Positions 1 to 12,900 of a stretch of 64,000 nucleotides of DNA are shown here, piece by piece. Both the position numbers and the translations under genes were made by a program. Each line of letters starts with the position of its first letter. Within the stretch, counting starts at the first letter, position 1. The DNA is taken from positions 7,688,001 through 7,752,000 of the forward strand of contig OX597836.1 of the NCBI GenBank assembly GCA_951406725.2. Reading direction: 5' to 3'. The notes below the pieces were generated by a model. The model did no database searches and was not told the DNA's origin. It saw only the letters and a list, made by a program, of their open reading frames with translations. The DNA comes from Octopus vulgaris. Taxonomy: Eukaryota.

Positions 1-488
1 ACACCACCACCACACAACACACAGTCCATCACTCTGTGAACATTATACACATGCATACATAATACCCTGTAATATGTAAACAAACAAAATAAAGGAGAGT
101 ATTTTGGGAGATTTAAATCACAGATTATAGTAACTTGTTTTATTTTAATCTGAAATATTTAATAGTAACAGCATTTACAGTATATTTACGGGAATGTGAT
201 AATGAAGTTAGTACATTGAATATATATAGATATATATGTAATTCAGTTGAATTAGGTACTGAAATTGAGGTCCCTTGTTACAATGAACTTATTTTCGCAC
301 TCAAACAATATTAGGTGAGTATCAAATTCTAGATAGAATTTTTCCCACCCGATATTCCTGCAGTGTACATGCAGATGGCATGATCCAACTTAGTGAATAA
401 GTCCACTCTTGTTTGTTCAGACATGTATTTTATATAAAGATACTTTCCAAATACTTCCAAAGTGCAGATCCCAGGGTAGGTGAGTAAA

Positions 489-549
489 ATATAAATGAGT
501 AACAAAGATGTATAAATGTCACTTATACATCCTTGTTACTCATTTATAT
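489..549. repeat. Short near-perfect inverted repeat (27-bp arms, 7-nt loop)
   Basis: atataaatgagtaacaaagatgtataa / ttatacatccttgttactcatttatat, one mismatch. Confidence 0.85.
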
Positions 550-728
550 ATAGAGAGAGAGGGAGAGGGAGAGAAGTCATAATGTATGGATTCAGTTAAT
601 TACTTATTATAAAATGAATTATCTTTGCATATTTTAAGTTGCGAAAAAAATGTTGTGACATAAGAATTCTCAACAGTTAGATAAATTTTATCGTCCTATA
701 TTTCTTGTGTTATTTATAATTGTATATG

Positions 729-1919
729 TTGGGTCATCCCATAAATAATGTGGGTTTTTTTTATACTCCTTCATTTTTTACAATGATCTTCTATCTGTCT
801 GGTAGACTTGCAAGGTCCCTCATCCAAAATTCACTTGTCTCCTCCACTACTGTTCTGACCTCATTTACAGAATTCTTATTTTTTTTCCATCCAAATGATT
901 TTGAAGACTATGGAATAAATGATAATGAGATGGGGCAATGTCCAGCATCGTTTCCCATTCAAACTGCTCCAGCTTTTGGAATATCATTCTCACTGTATGT
1001 GGCCAAGTATTAGTATCCTGATTGAAGAACACTTTACATCTTGAAATCAAAGATGGTCATTTGTCTTCTAGCACTGACTTAAGCCACTCAAGCTGTTCGC
1101 AGTAGATCTCCTTTGTTATTGTTTGGTTTGGGTTTAAAAGTTCAAAGTGGACTCAACCTTTTAAATCCCAGATAACAACACCTTACATGGGCGAAGACCT
1201 TCTTTAGCCTGGAATGCTGGTGCTTTTCCTTTCGTTACCCACTGTCTTCAACACTTAACATTTTTATAGAGATCCCATTTCTTGTCACCAGTCACTATTC
1301 AGTCCAAAAAGGTTCATTTGTGAGACATGACAGCAAAGAAGAGCACACATTCACTCTCTGCACGCAATTAGACTCGGAAAGTTTGTGAGGAACCTATTGA
1401 CCCAGTTTGCTGACTTTTCTGATGGTACACAAGTGTTGATGAATGGTTGACTGATCAAGTCCAAGCTTCTCTGCTAGTTCCTCAGTTAGAATGGGATTTT
1501 GTTCCACCAGGGTTTGCAGGACATCCTCATCGAGCTCTACAGATCTTCCAGGATGAAGCTCATCTTCTAGGCTGTAGTTTCCAGTTCAGAATTTCTGGAG
1601 CCACCATTGACACTGGCTTACATTTATTGTCCTTTTCTCATATCCTGCATTAATATTCCTCGCACTTTCTGTTGCACTGTTGCTTTTATTGAACTCAAAG
1701 CAAAATATACAGAATATGCTCCTTTGTCACTTCCATTATAGCTTTGTAAAAATAACTCTTAAAATCAAACTGCACTTTTCAGAACTTGCACTAAGAATAA
1801 GCACAAGGTAAAATTACTACCTACTTTTATAGCAAGTTGATGCAGGTAGTTTATCCTGTCCTCCTCCGACTTTTAGTTTGTGCTATTGAAAAAACTGCAT
1901 TACTTATGGGATGACCCAA
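729..1919 (-). mobile_element. Degenerate mariner (Tc1/mariner) DNA transposon, ~1.19 kb
   Basis: TIRs ttgggtcatcccataaataatg / cattacttatgggatgacccaa followed by TA. Minus-strand ORF 865-1050 (FNQDTNTWPHT..QKLEQFEWE..DIAPSHYHLFHSLQNHL) matches the mariner C-terminal motifs HQDNARPH and YSPDLAPSDYHLF; frameshifted. Confidence 0.9.
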
Positions 1920-2199
1920 TATATGTGCGTGCATGTGTATGTGCACGTATGTGTATGTGTCTGTGTGTCTTGTCATGACATCATGTAATTCCTGTAAATG
2001 AATGTCATTTTTACAAGTACATGTTTGGTTGCAGGGAAATATTACCTTTACTTGAAAACAGGTGAGGGTTGGTGACTGGAAGGATATCCAATCATAGAAA
2101 ATCTGCTTCAATAGACTCTCTCTGGCCCAGGGAGAATTGTACATTAAAACAATGGCATGTGTGTGTTTGTGTGTATAGATAGATATATATAGATATTAG

Positions 2200-2535
2200 T
2201 GAAGGCACATGGCTCAGTGGTTAGAGCATCAAGCTTACGATCGTGATATTGTGAGTTTGAATCCCGGACCGGGCTATGTGTTGTGTTCTTGAGCAAGACA
2301 CTTTATTTCACGTTGCTCCAGTTCACTCAGCTGTAGAAATGAGTTGCAATGTCACTGATGCCAAGCTGTATCAGCCCCTTTGCCTTTCCCTTGGATAACA
2401 TCAGTGGTGTGGAGAGGGGAGGCTGGTATGCATGGGCGACTGCTTGTCTTCCATAAACAACCTTGCGCAGACTTGTGCCTCGGAGGGGAACTTTCTAGGT
2501 GCAATCCCATGGTCTTTCATGAGTGAAGGGGGTCT
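2200..2535 (+). mobile_element. tRNA-derived SINE, family C (other copies ~3695-4015 -, 18405-18722 -, 24820-25105 -, 30580-30880 -, 54950-55250 +)
   Basis: A-box tggctcagtggttag and B-box-like gagtttgaatccc, then gtgttgtgttcttgagcaagacactttatttc, repeated through the window. Confidence 0.8.
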
Positions 2536-2644
2536 CTGAGTTGATACAAGGCTGGCAACCCAATAGTAACTACCAAAGAATGAATGCTTTACATTGATAC
2601 ACATACACTTGTGTGTTAAATGGAGAAGTGGTAACAAGTGACAA

Positions 2645-2928
2645 ATTCTGTAAATAATAATAATAGTAATTGTAAGCTTAAAACCTATAAGAGGTGACCA
2701 TGTATTGGCTAAAGAAAATAGTCTAATATTGGGGTAGATAAGCCCTTGATGGAAAAAAAAAGTGGGTTTTTTTTCTTCTTTTAGGGTGTAAGTTCATTTC
2801 CCATGTGTACAAAAAAACTCACTTTTTTTCTGTTGAGGGCTTATATGCCCCACTATTAAACTATTTTCTTTAGCCAATACTCGGTGATCTCTTATAAGCT
2901 TAAAACTTATTATTGTTATTTACAGAAT
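2645..2928. mobile_element. Long-TIR MITE / foldback element (~120-bp arms)
   Basis: attctgtaaataat..gtattggctaaagaaaatagt..taagccct mirrored by agggctta..actattttctttagccaatac..atttacagaat. Confidence 0.8.
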
Positions 2929-4681
2929 ATACAGTTGTGCTTAAATGATGGCTTAGAATTGCTGTATCCATGAGCTTTTTAGATTTGCTACAATCAAAAG
3001 CAGCACATTAACATCTGGTGTTAGGTCTGAGAATCTCAGACTTAGCACCTTAATCTGAGCATCTACAAGAGACACTGTAAGGACCAACCACTGGCATTTG
3101 ACTGGGGCAAGACACATTAGATTTACAACCCTTCTGAACTCTGCTAGAAACAGACAGAGACCATGTTAGTGATATGCAGAAATAGGATGGATTATATACA
3201 TATAAGATAGAACACTAGACCTGCTGTAGATTGCAACTAAATCTCATTTAAATCACAGCTTGTTAGCTTTAAAAATTTTTAAACAGTTGCAACATATTGG
3301 ATAACATAGTATTTGATATACTATACCTGAAAACAGATTGTGGTGACAGCTGGAACATCTTTTATTGTCGGTATGCTTAATCGGTCCAGGCTTGTGGTTA
3401 AACAACAACAACAGCCTTTATCTATCTCATGATTATTTCCCTTGATTAGTCACTACTATACATATTAAGGGCCCAGCTAATGTTTTATTATCTTTTGTTT
3501 TATGGTTTCTTATTCCTTGAATGGATTATGGGTTATACTTATGTTTTTATTGGAAAGGTTAACAAATCAATCTGTTTGTGCTCATAGTTTTATTCATCTA
3601 TTGATTGGTATGGTATATTATTCTTCTATTCATTTACTGGCCTCACTCATTGGATTATGGTCATGCTGGAGCACCACCTTAGAAATGGAAAAAACTGGCA
3701 CTTTGTTGGTTACAACAATGAGTGTTCCAATTGATCTGATCAACAGAACAGCCTGCACATGAAGTTAATGTGCAAGTGGCTGAGTACTCCACAGATACAC
3801 ATATCCTTAATGCAGTTCTCAGAGAGATTCAGTGTGACACAGAATGTGATACAGCTGCCCTTTTGAAATACAGGTAGTACTCATTTCTGCCAGCTGAATG
3901 GACTGGAGCAATGTGAAATAAAGTGTCTTGCTCAAGGACATGAAGCACCACTGGGAATTGAACTCATGACCATACAATCGTGAGCCAAACATCCTAATCA
4001 CTTCGCCATGTGCCATTGTGCCTTAGAAATGTAGGCAGGAAATAAATCGTCTCCCTCCACACCCAAGTAATTGACTGGTATTATTTTATTATTTATCAAC
4101 TTCAGAAAGATGACATTTGAATGCAGATCAAGGCAGCTCCAGCAAGTTGTATATCTAATTTCATATCACATCCTTCATGACAACTGCCCCCCCACCCACG
4201 ACATAAATGGCCTTCAGTATTTTAATTGTAACTGAATTGCTCACTTTGCAGCAATGTTAGCTTTGCATCTCATATCTTCATCTCTAATTACCTGCTGATC
4301 ACTGGGGTCAATGTGATTGACTGCTTAAATACTACTGGGTAATGAGTATAAAAACTGCATCTCACTGCCAAACTATGTTGAGCCAGTGTGGCAGAGTAAG
4401 CTCTTCAAACCAGCAGGATCTCAAGCTCAAGTTCACAACCTCCACATCAGTCTGGTTGGTGGAGAGAACATGCTGAGGCCGTCATCCTGCAGTAGACTGA
4501 ACATAGGCAATCCGATCCAATCTAATCCAGTCTTAGGGGGAATGATAAAATATATACCCCCCAGTCAAAGTTCTTGTTAATTATTAATTAACAAAATATC
4601 TGGAATGTCTTGCTCAAGCATGGTTTCCCCAACTCCAGGGTCATTGGTCATTTCTCACTCTTTATCCCCTATTCCCTACAT

Positions 4682-5027
4682 CAATGGTTTCCCGACAATT
4701 TTTTTTTATACCTATGGACCCCCTTTAATTACTATTTTATTCTGGTGGAACCGCCACAGCCATTAGATGTTTTAAAATCTAGTTTTATAGATACTTCTTC
4801 CTATTTTGTTTTTCACTTGCTCATTTACATATTTTAGCAAGAAACCTGTTGGATTACATTAAGTGTTAGAAAAAAATACCAAGCTGGTTCTTGCAATAAA
4901 TACATTGAAAGCAAAATTACTTTTTGGATCCTTAAAATATTACTGTAGATACCCAAATTACTATTTTCCTTGTGTGGATCCTTCCCCACCAAAAAAATCT
5001 TAAATGGACCCAGGATGAGAACCACTG
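4682..5027. mobile_element. Non-autonomous hAT (Charlie-like) MITE
   Basis: Ends caatggtttcc / gagaaccactg; 8-bp TSD ccctacat / tcctacat; same family at ~5420-5533, 51944-53490, 55416-55846. Confidence 0.8.
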
Positions 5028-5886
5028 TCCTACATCGAGCCTTCAGCCCTGCCCTGTCTTTACAGGTGTTTCAAACCTCCTCTCTCCTCTTCCCCGCATT
5101 CATCTCTTGCTCCTATACATTCTTGCAAATCCCCACACACCTATCCACCCACAGTTTGTCCCCTACTCGTTTCTTTTTACCTCACACCACAAGGCCCCAC
5201 CTGGACATTTCATCGCCACTATTTATCACTTTCCAGCTCTTGCTGCTTGTTCTCTCTCTCTCCTAAATGTGAGTAGCCATGTGGTCCCCTGACAAGAATC
5301 TGCATTGCCTCTCCCCACCTTCTCTCATACTTTCACCTTTCATCCTTAACATAATGCTGACCCTCTTCTTTGAGACTCTAGTCATGTGATCTGTATGGCA
5401 GACACAGTTCCTTGTAACATTTAATTATAAAAATATATTACGATTTTTTAAGCATGAAATGGCTATGGGGGTCTGCTAGAATAAAATAGGAACCAAAGGG
5501 GTCTAAGGGCAAAAGAATGGTTGAGAACCACTGATCTAATGTGTCCTTTTTCTTAAGATAATCAGTTAGTGCTTTAATAAAGATTTTGCATCTATTTCTA
5601 GCGGGCTGGGTAACCATATAATTGTTCCCAGGGAGTGGTGGAGATAGTGTTGGTGATAGTATGTCATGTTATGTAATTAACTCATTTATTTTTGACTATA
5701 TTTTCTCATATTCACAATGTCAATTATCATTGGTGCTGCCTGCTCCTTATACTTTATTTATTTCATTCATAGGGTCATTTAACCTTTTAAGTGACATGAA
5801 AAACTTACCAAAGTGCTCATATTTAATTTAAACTCATGATGATAATATGAGTGATGGCATGGGATTTCAGTTGTCCAGCACCAATT

Positions 5887-5923
<37 letters not shown>

Positions 5924-6825
5924 CACACACACACACATAATTATATACATACATACACACAAACTTGTGTTGAACGAGTGAGAGAGGAGTGCTCAATAGA
6001 TGTTGTAGAGTATATGGTTTATTGCAACTGAACCATCATCTTGCACCTCAAGTTCCATACTGCTGTAATTCTCAGATAAGTGTGGTAATTGCAGAATGTT
6101 GAGGCAGTCTCCTGTTGTGTCTCCATTCTCACCATATCCAGTTAGTCAGGACAGATGCCTGATACTAGGCAGAAATTTTTGTTACCACAAATATAGCACA
6201 ATTTTCCAGTCGTGGTTGATCAGCCACAGATTGTTGCATCAGTAAGCTTGCCATAAACTCCAAGCAGTGTCTCCCAGTGTGTAATTATTGCTGTGAGTAT
6301 TTGTAAAAGACCAACACAATTAAAACTTTATGTGCAATAATGAAATCTTCTGTTAATTGTTTGCAGGTGTTGTTAGTTATTTCTTCACATGGTCCTAGAA
6401 ATACATTTTCATTTAGCAACTAGTCATCACCTCAGACCAGCCAACAACAAAAACACGCGACAACATAGTCATGAGAAATATGACCACAAAAGGCTTAGCA
6501 ATGCATATTTCCTTGTTAGGATAAACATCTTAGCTCAAGAGTGCAGAAAGTCTTCCTTAAACATCTTTAATAATAATGTCAGGGTGTTTTAGCCTTGATT
6601 TCCATGTCACTTTGTACAGATTTGTCTCGGGGATAACACAACTGTACTATTACTCAGTTATTGAGTTGAACAGATGAATGAATGGACGGATGGATGAATG
6701 AATGACTGATTACATTACTACTTGTTTCGTTACTCTGATTCGAAAGTGTTGGCATATTTCCCATTGAATATAATATATAACCAGCTACTCAGTCATTCAT
6801 ACCTCTGAATACATACATACATTAC

Positions 6826-6859
<34 letters not shown>

Positions 6860-6879
6860 GTGTGTGTGTGTATAGATTG

Positions 6880-7095
6880 CATTTTTTGCTATGACTGCTG
6901 GGCAGCAACAGATGAGATGCTTTATTGTATCTTCATGTCGACTGCACATTCTCCAATTGCTATTAGCCTCTTGCTTTATTATTTTTGTGTTTGTAGCTTC
7001 TGTTGGCCAAACCATTGATCCTGCTCTCACAGCTATAATCAGGCCTTCTCTTTTCTGCTTTTAGTCTGGAACTTTTCATCAATTGTTGGCTTTCA
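6880..7095 (-). mobile_element. R4/Dong-like (RLE) non-LTR retrotransposon fragment, zinc-knuckle region
   Basis: Minus-strand translation KIIKQEANSNWRMCSRHEDTIKHLICCCP resembles CRxC..ETIxHLxxGCP of RLE-type LINEs. Confidence 0.7.
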
Positions 7096-7309
7096 TTTCT
7101 ATTTATTTCTACTCAATCTAGTATTGCTGGGTACTGACCATACAGAGATTTTTTTATTATTATTTTCTCTTCTCCATTTTTTACTACAATCTCTCTTTTT
7201 CTCTTTCTCTCTCTTGTACATACATAATATCTGTATGTATGTGCATGTATATAAGTATATGTGTGTTGTATGTATTTGTGTGTGTGTGTTTTTATCTATA
7301 TATGTGTAT

Positions 7310-7667
7310 GAGTGTGATCATTGCCAGTGTTGCCTGACTGGCTCCTGTGCCAGTGGCACGTAAAAATCACCATTCAAGCATTGTCGTTGCCAGTGCCGCC
7401 TGACTACCTCCTGTGCTGGTGGCACGTAAAAAGCACCATTTGAGTGTGGTCAATGCCAGTACCGCCTGACTGGCCCTTGTTCCAGTGGCACGTAAAAAGC
7501 ACCCACTACACTCTCGGAATGGTTGGCATTAGGAAGGGCATCCAGCTGTAGAAACTCTACCAGATCAGATGGAGCCTGTTGCAGCCTTCTGGCCTGTCAG
7601 CCTTCAGTTAAACTGTCCAACCCATGCCAGCATGGAAAGCGGACATTAAACAACGAAGATGATGATA
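7310..7667 (+). mobile_element. RTE LINE 3' UTR fragment with 3 x 66-bp internal tandem units and (GAT)n tail
   Basis: gtgccrgtggcacgtaaaaagcacc units, then ggttggcattaggaagggcatccagctgtagaaac ... catggaaagcggacattaaa(gat)n. The same tail follows an RTE ORF2 end at 63570-63990. Confidence 0.8.
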
Positions 7668-7700
<33 letters not shown>

Positions 7701-8404
7701 TCTTTTACTTGTTTCAGCCATTAGACTGTGACCCTAACCATCTTGAAGAATTTTAGACAAACGAAACCTGGTACTTATTCTGTCAGTCTCTTATGCCCAA
7801 CCACTAGGTTACAGGGATGTCCCTCACCACCTCACTCTCCTCTGACCACTCCACATACATCATCTCCCTGTGCCTTTAGGGTATGCCCTGACACATCTTC
7901 ACTACCATCCTCTCTTTCCCTCTTTTCTCTGACTGGGGTTGCCATGTATCTTCTCTGCAACAAGACACCTGTTTCTGGCCCACTATTATAGTTTAACCTC
8001 TCATCACCTGGCACAAAGCCTATCTCTCTCAATACTACTCTTCCCTCAATTGAAGGCTTGTTGTCTTTGTCTTGCATATTACTTAGTGAATTGGCCGGTG
8101 GTAGTGCTACATATAAAAGCTCCCTTTCACTCTGTATTATGAAGGTTATCCAGCTGAAGAAACCATGCCAAAGCAGGCAGAAGAGCTCTGTGCAAACCTT
8201 TGGTTAGTCAACTCCTATTAAACCATCCAGCCCATGCAAGAATTGAAAATGGACATTAAATGATGATGATGGTTTATGTAAATATATGTTCATATTCAAT
8301 TATATAGGTATTCAATCTGACCCATGCAGGTATGGAAAAGTGGATGCTAAAACTATGATGATGTACGTATATATATATATATATATATATAAAATACAGT
8401 GTAC

Positions 8405-8708
8405 ATTTAAACACATTTAGAGGTATCCATCATAGGACTCCCTTACGCTAGAAATCCAAACCATTAATTAGGGTTAAATTCTCAAAGGGAATAAAAAATA
8501 AAAACATTTACCATCTATTTAACAGACTTCGCCTGGCAAATTATTTTATTTACTAAAAAAGTCAGAAACCATGGTCCAGGAAATAGATGGTAAATGTTTT
8601 TATTTTTCATTCCCTTCGAGAATTTATCCCTAATTAGTGGTTTGGACTTTAGCTGTTCCTTCTAGCGTAAGGGAGACCTATGATTGATACCTCTTAATGG
8701 GTTTAAAT
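8405..8708. repeat. Long inverted repeat (~115-bp arms, 60-bp spacer) next to (TA)n
   Basis: gaggtatccatcatagg..cccttacgctagaa..aaaaacatttaccatctattt vs aaatagatggtaaatgttttt..ttctagcgtaaggga..cctatgattgatacctc. Confidence 0.85.
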
Positions 8709-8804
8709 AAAAGAATAATATATAGTCTATTGACTAATTTTTCTATACACTAGGCCACTGGTAGTAAAAATTCCTATAATCTTTATTACCCTTGATATTA
8801 ATTA

Positions 8805-8858
<54 letters not shown>

Positions 8859-8884
8859 TAGATAGATAGATAGATAGATATAAT

Positions 8885-9560
8885 GATGACTGTCCTCTTG
8901 TGACCAAGGAAGACCATCTCTGACCGTTGCCTATGCAAAATACCAATAATGCCCATGCATGATCTTATTGCACCAACAGTTGGTTTTACCCAGGTTCACA
9001 TCTGTGGCTTCTCTGCTTGCTGCAGTACCCCCCCCCCTACTTGTCGGGGCAACAGATAGTTCCCTCATCAGCAATTGTACAATCTAAAATTTTAGGTCCT
9101 ACAGACTCACAGACCCTCCCCAACCTACTGACAATATCCTGAAACAAACCAGGGCAAGATATCCAGTACCAATATAGGTCACAGGCTGAGGAATATAGGA
9201 GCAGCATGATCTTAAGCGCAAACAAAAGATACCCAAAATGCCATTTTGGAGATCTTTCAATACCATTCCCTACATATTTAGCTTTACATCAGAGTGACCT
9301 TCTGAAAACATATTTTAACAAAAGCTGAAGGGTGCCTCCCTCCCAGTAGTCTCCAAGCATGCCAGGCATCAACTTGGAATCTCAGAGGGCTCGTGCTATT
9401 GCTCAATAGTTGTTGAGCATATAGTAAGTTAATCCGTTCTTTTGTTAGGTCTTGCTGGGTTTCTAACAACCCTCCTCACCAGGCAAGCCTAGTGGGGGTG
9501 CCGGTTTAGTCACCGATGACCCAACAATGCAACAGGTTGTACTGGCTTCCATGTTACTTG
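8885..9560 (-). mobile_element. Degenerate RTE-derived element with 5' UTR (HDV-like ribozyme candidate at 9500-9557)
   Basis: Minus strand ggtgactaaaccggcacccccactaggcttgcctggtgaggagggttgttagaaaccc resembles 5' UTRs of RTE-clade LINEs (recalled similarity); no intact ORF. Confidence 0.5.
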
Positions 9561-9852
9561 TAACACTCATGAGAGACCTCACAAATGACCTGACATGTAT
9601 GTATTGTTTGTAATTCATGTACAATATCTTCGCATATATAATTACAGATATTGCATACTCAGTTATAATATACAATCAACACTAGTATAGTGTTCTGTTA
9701 CTTTATGCACAGAGCATGTATTCTATTTCAGTAAAGTATCACAATCGAACGAAATAGATAATGGAAAAGCCACACAAGTCGGAAATAAAATTCATGTTTC
9801 ACCTTTGTGTATGTATGTATGTATGTGTGTGTGTACACATATATTATGTACG

Positions 9853-9884
<32 letters not shown>

Positions 9885-10204
9885 TGTGTATATATATGTA
9901 TGTATGTGTATATATATGATATATATATATGTGTGCGTGTGTGTGTTTGAGAGAGAGAGAGAGTGTTTTACGTGCTTCTGCACTCCAGTGCAGTACTATA
10001 AATGTGGGGCTCCACCTGCATTAATATATAATTAAATTACATAAATGGTCTGCCTGGACCACAATGGGCCCTGATGTTTAGTATGGAAGCACCTAAGGTA
10101 ACAATGGCTGTGACATTCAGCTTAAGTGGCCAGCATGAAATAAAAACCTTGTGGGTAATATTTTACATTTAATTTATAATTATAAAAACCTTGTAGTTGT
10201 GCTG

Positions 10205-10369
10205 AGGAGTGGCTGTGTGTTAAGAAGCTTGCTTACCAATCACATGATTCCAGGTTCAGTCCCACTGTGGCACCTTGCAAAAGTGTCTTCTGCTATAGCC
10301 TTGGGCTGACCAAATCCTTGTGACTGAATTTGATAAATGGAAACTGAAAGAAGTGTGTCATATATATAT

Positions 10370-10422
<53 letters not shown>

Positions 10423-10622
10423 GTTTGTGTGTCTGTGTTCCCCCCCCTCGTCATCGCTTGACAACCAATGTTGGTTTGTCCCTGTAGCTTAGTGGTTCAG
10501 CAAAAGAGACTGACAGAGTAAGTACTAGGTGTACTAAGAATAAGTCCTGGGGTTGATTCGTTCAACTAAAGGTGGTGCTCCAGCATGGCCGCAGTCAAAT
10601 TACTGAAACCAGTAAAAAAGAA
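10205..10622 (+). mobile_element. tRNA-derived SINE family A with internal (TA)n
   Basis: Head ggagtggctgtgtg(g)taag..ggttcagtcccactg; 3' end cagcatggccgcagtcaaatgactgaaacaagtaaaag; many homologous copies in the window. Confidence 0.9.
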
Positions 10623-10863
10623 TATACACACACATTTATTTGGTAAATGTCTATGTACAAAACTCTAGGCCCTTGAGACACTATGTAACTTCTGCTAAAG
10701 GACACTCTCCCCCCTATATGTGTGTGTGTTTTTGTAGAGAGAGTGAGAGAAGGAATGTTGACAGAAAGAATGCTGTGCTGGTAGTTGTATTATGAAGATC
10801 AATATATTCAACTCTTTAGTTCAGTAATGTGTGTGTGTTACAGCCTGACATTCCGGTCATTGC

Positions 10864-10929
<66 letters not shown>

Positions 10930-11928
10930 AACATGGCTGTGTTGTCCAGGGTATCTGCTTCATAACCAAGTGTTTTTTGAGTTCCATCCCATTTTCTGGC
11001 ATTGTGGTCAGGTGTCCTTGTCTATAGCTTCGGCCTGACCAAGATCTTGTGGGTGAAATTGGTAGACAGAAACTGTATGCAGGACCATTGTCAGTCTTCT
11101 TTTATGCTCTTGTGAACCTTTTTGCCCACCCAGCCATCCTCAATTCTATCTCCCTTTTCTCTCTTTATACACTTTGTACCTTGAGGGTACACCCTGTTAC
11201 TGTATTTCCACCATTCTTTTCCCCTTACCTCTTGTGGTCATCTATTTCTATAGCAAGACATATGTCCCTCTCCTTCTTTCTAATTTAACCTTTCATCACC
11301 TGGCTCAAAGACATCTCCCTTGAAACTGCACACCCCTTCTGTCAGAGGGTATTGTCTTGTGAGTTACTTGGTGAGCTCATTATTGCTGGTGTCATGAAAA
11401 AAAAGGATCCACTATACTCTGAAAAGTAGTTGGCATTAGGAAGGGTATCCAGCTGTAGAAATTGAACCCTCAAGCCAGTCTGATCCTGTCAGACTGTTCA
11501 ACTGTATTCCATGCTGTCATTGAATACAGATGTTAAGCGATGATGTGGATGGATGTGTGGGAGATATATATATGTTGTCACATGTTTAGAGTTACTGGAT
11601 TTGTTAATAGGGAGTGTCAATACAACACTGCTATAATCTTTGCACCAGTGGATTCCTACAGAAATATGGCATGTAAATATGAACATGGACACACACGCAC
11701 TTATGGATGTGTGTGTGTGTGTGTAGTTTCCACTTATCAGTTCTTTTCACAAGGCATTGGTCAGTCTGAGGTGACAGAGAAGACATTTGCCTAAGATGCC
11801 GTGCTGTGAAGTAGAATTTCAAACCAAGTTGTTATGATATTCGCTCCATATCTACACAACCATACTTGCTGTACCTACCTACCTACATACATACATACAT
11901 ACATACTTCGAGGATGACCAAATGGATG

Positions 11929-12012
11929 GACCCTGATGAAGTTGCACCAATAATATTGCAAGGTTGCATTTGCAACGGTGAGTGGCCGCTGTAGTGGAAA
12001 CACATGTTGGTC
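11929..12012 (+). ncRNA. Minimal type-I hammerhead ribozyme candidate with long stem-loop II (Penelope-like LTR remnant, to ~12100)
   Basis: GACC-CTGATGA-[57 nt, agttgca/tgtagtg]-GAAA-C-ACAT-GTT-GGTC: intact core, 4-bp stem I, palindromic ACATGT in stem III; homologous to 43367-43451. Confidence 0.65.
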
Positions 12013-12521
12013 ATTATGATATGCTGTATGTAACTATGAAATACACTTTGTGGAGGTACAAGTTTCCATATTCTTTATTATTATTAATATTAATTTACAC
12101 TCCAGACAATTTTTACTGCCCAGCAAAGAGAACATGGAATTACCCATCGGAAGAATTCATGGCATGACTAACAACTAAATGTAGTCACAGATGTTAGATA
12201 CTCATTAGTTAACCATTAACTGGAAGTTAACTGAGAACTAATATGGTATCTGCCCGGATAATATATCTCTCCAAACACACACACACACACATATATTTCA
12301 TGTTATGCTAAGAAGCAGTGATGGGAGGGTTGCATGTGTAATGGTTGCATTTCCTATTGTGTATTATGCAAACCTGGAATGTATTCATTAAATGATCTCA
12401 GAATATTGTTATTTGGTTTGACTTCAATTTTATAATTATTGTAAGATGAGAGGGTAACACTGTTAGTAGGAAAGGTTTGGAAGGTAATGGAGGTGGGTAA
12501 AATGAAATAAATAAAAAAAAA

Positions 12522-12900
12522 AGGAGTGGCTGTGTGGTAAGTAGCTTGTTTACCAATCACATGGTTCCAGGTTCAGTCCCACTGCATGGCACCTTGGGCA
12601 AGTGTCTTCTATAGCCTCGGGCCAAACAAAGCCTTGTGAGTGGATTTGGTAGAAAGAAACTGAAAGAAACCTGTTATGTATATATGTGTGTGTGTGTGTG
12701 CGTCTGTGTTTGTCCCCACCACCATTGCTTGACGACCGATGCTGGTGTGCTTACATCTCCATAACTTAACGGTTCGGCAAAAGAGACCGATAGGATAAGT
12801 ACTAGGCTTACAAAGAATGAGTTCTGGGGTTGATTTGTTTTACTAAAGGCAGTGCTTCAGCATGGCCACAGTCAAATTACTGAAACAAACAAAAGAGTAT
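12522..12900 (+). mobile_element. SINE family A, full length
   Basis: Same head, body and tail as 10205-10622. Confidence 0.9.
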
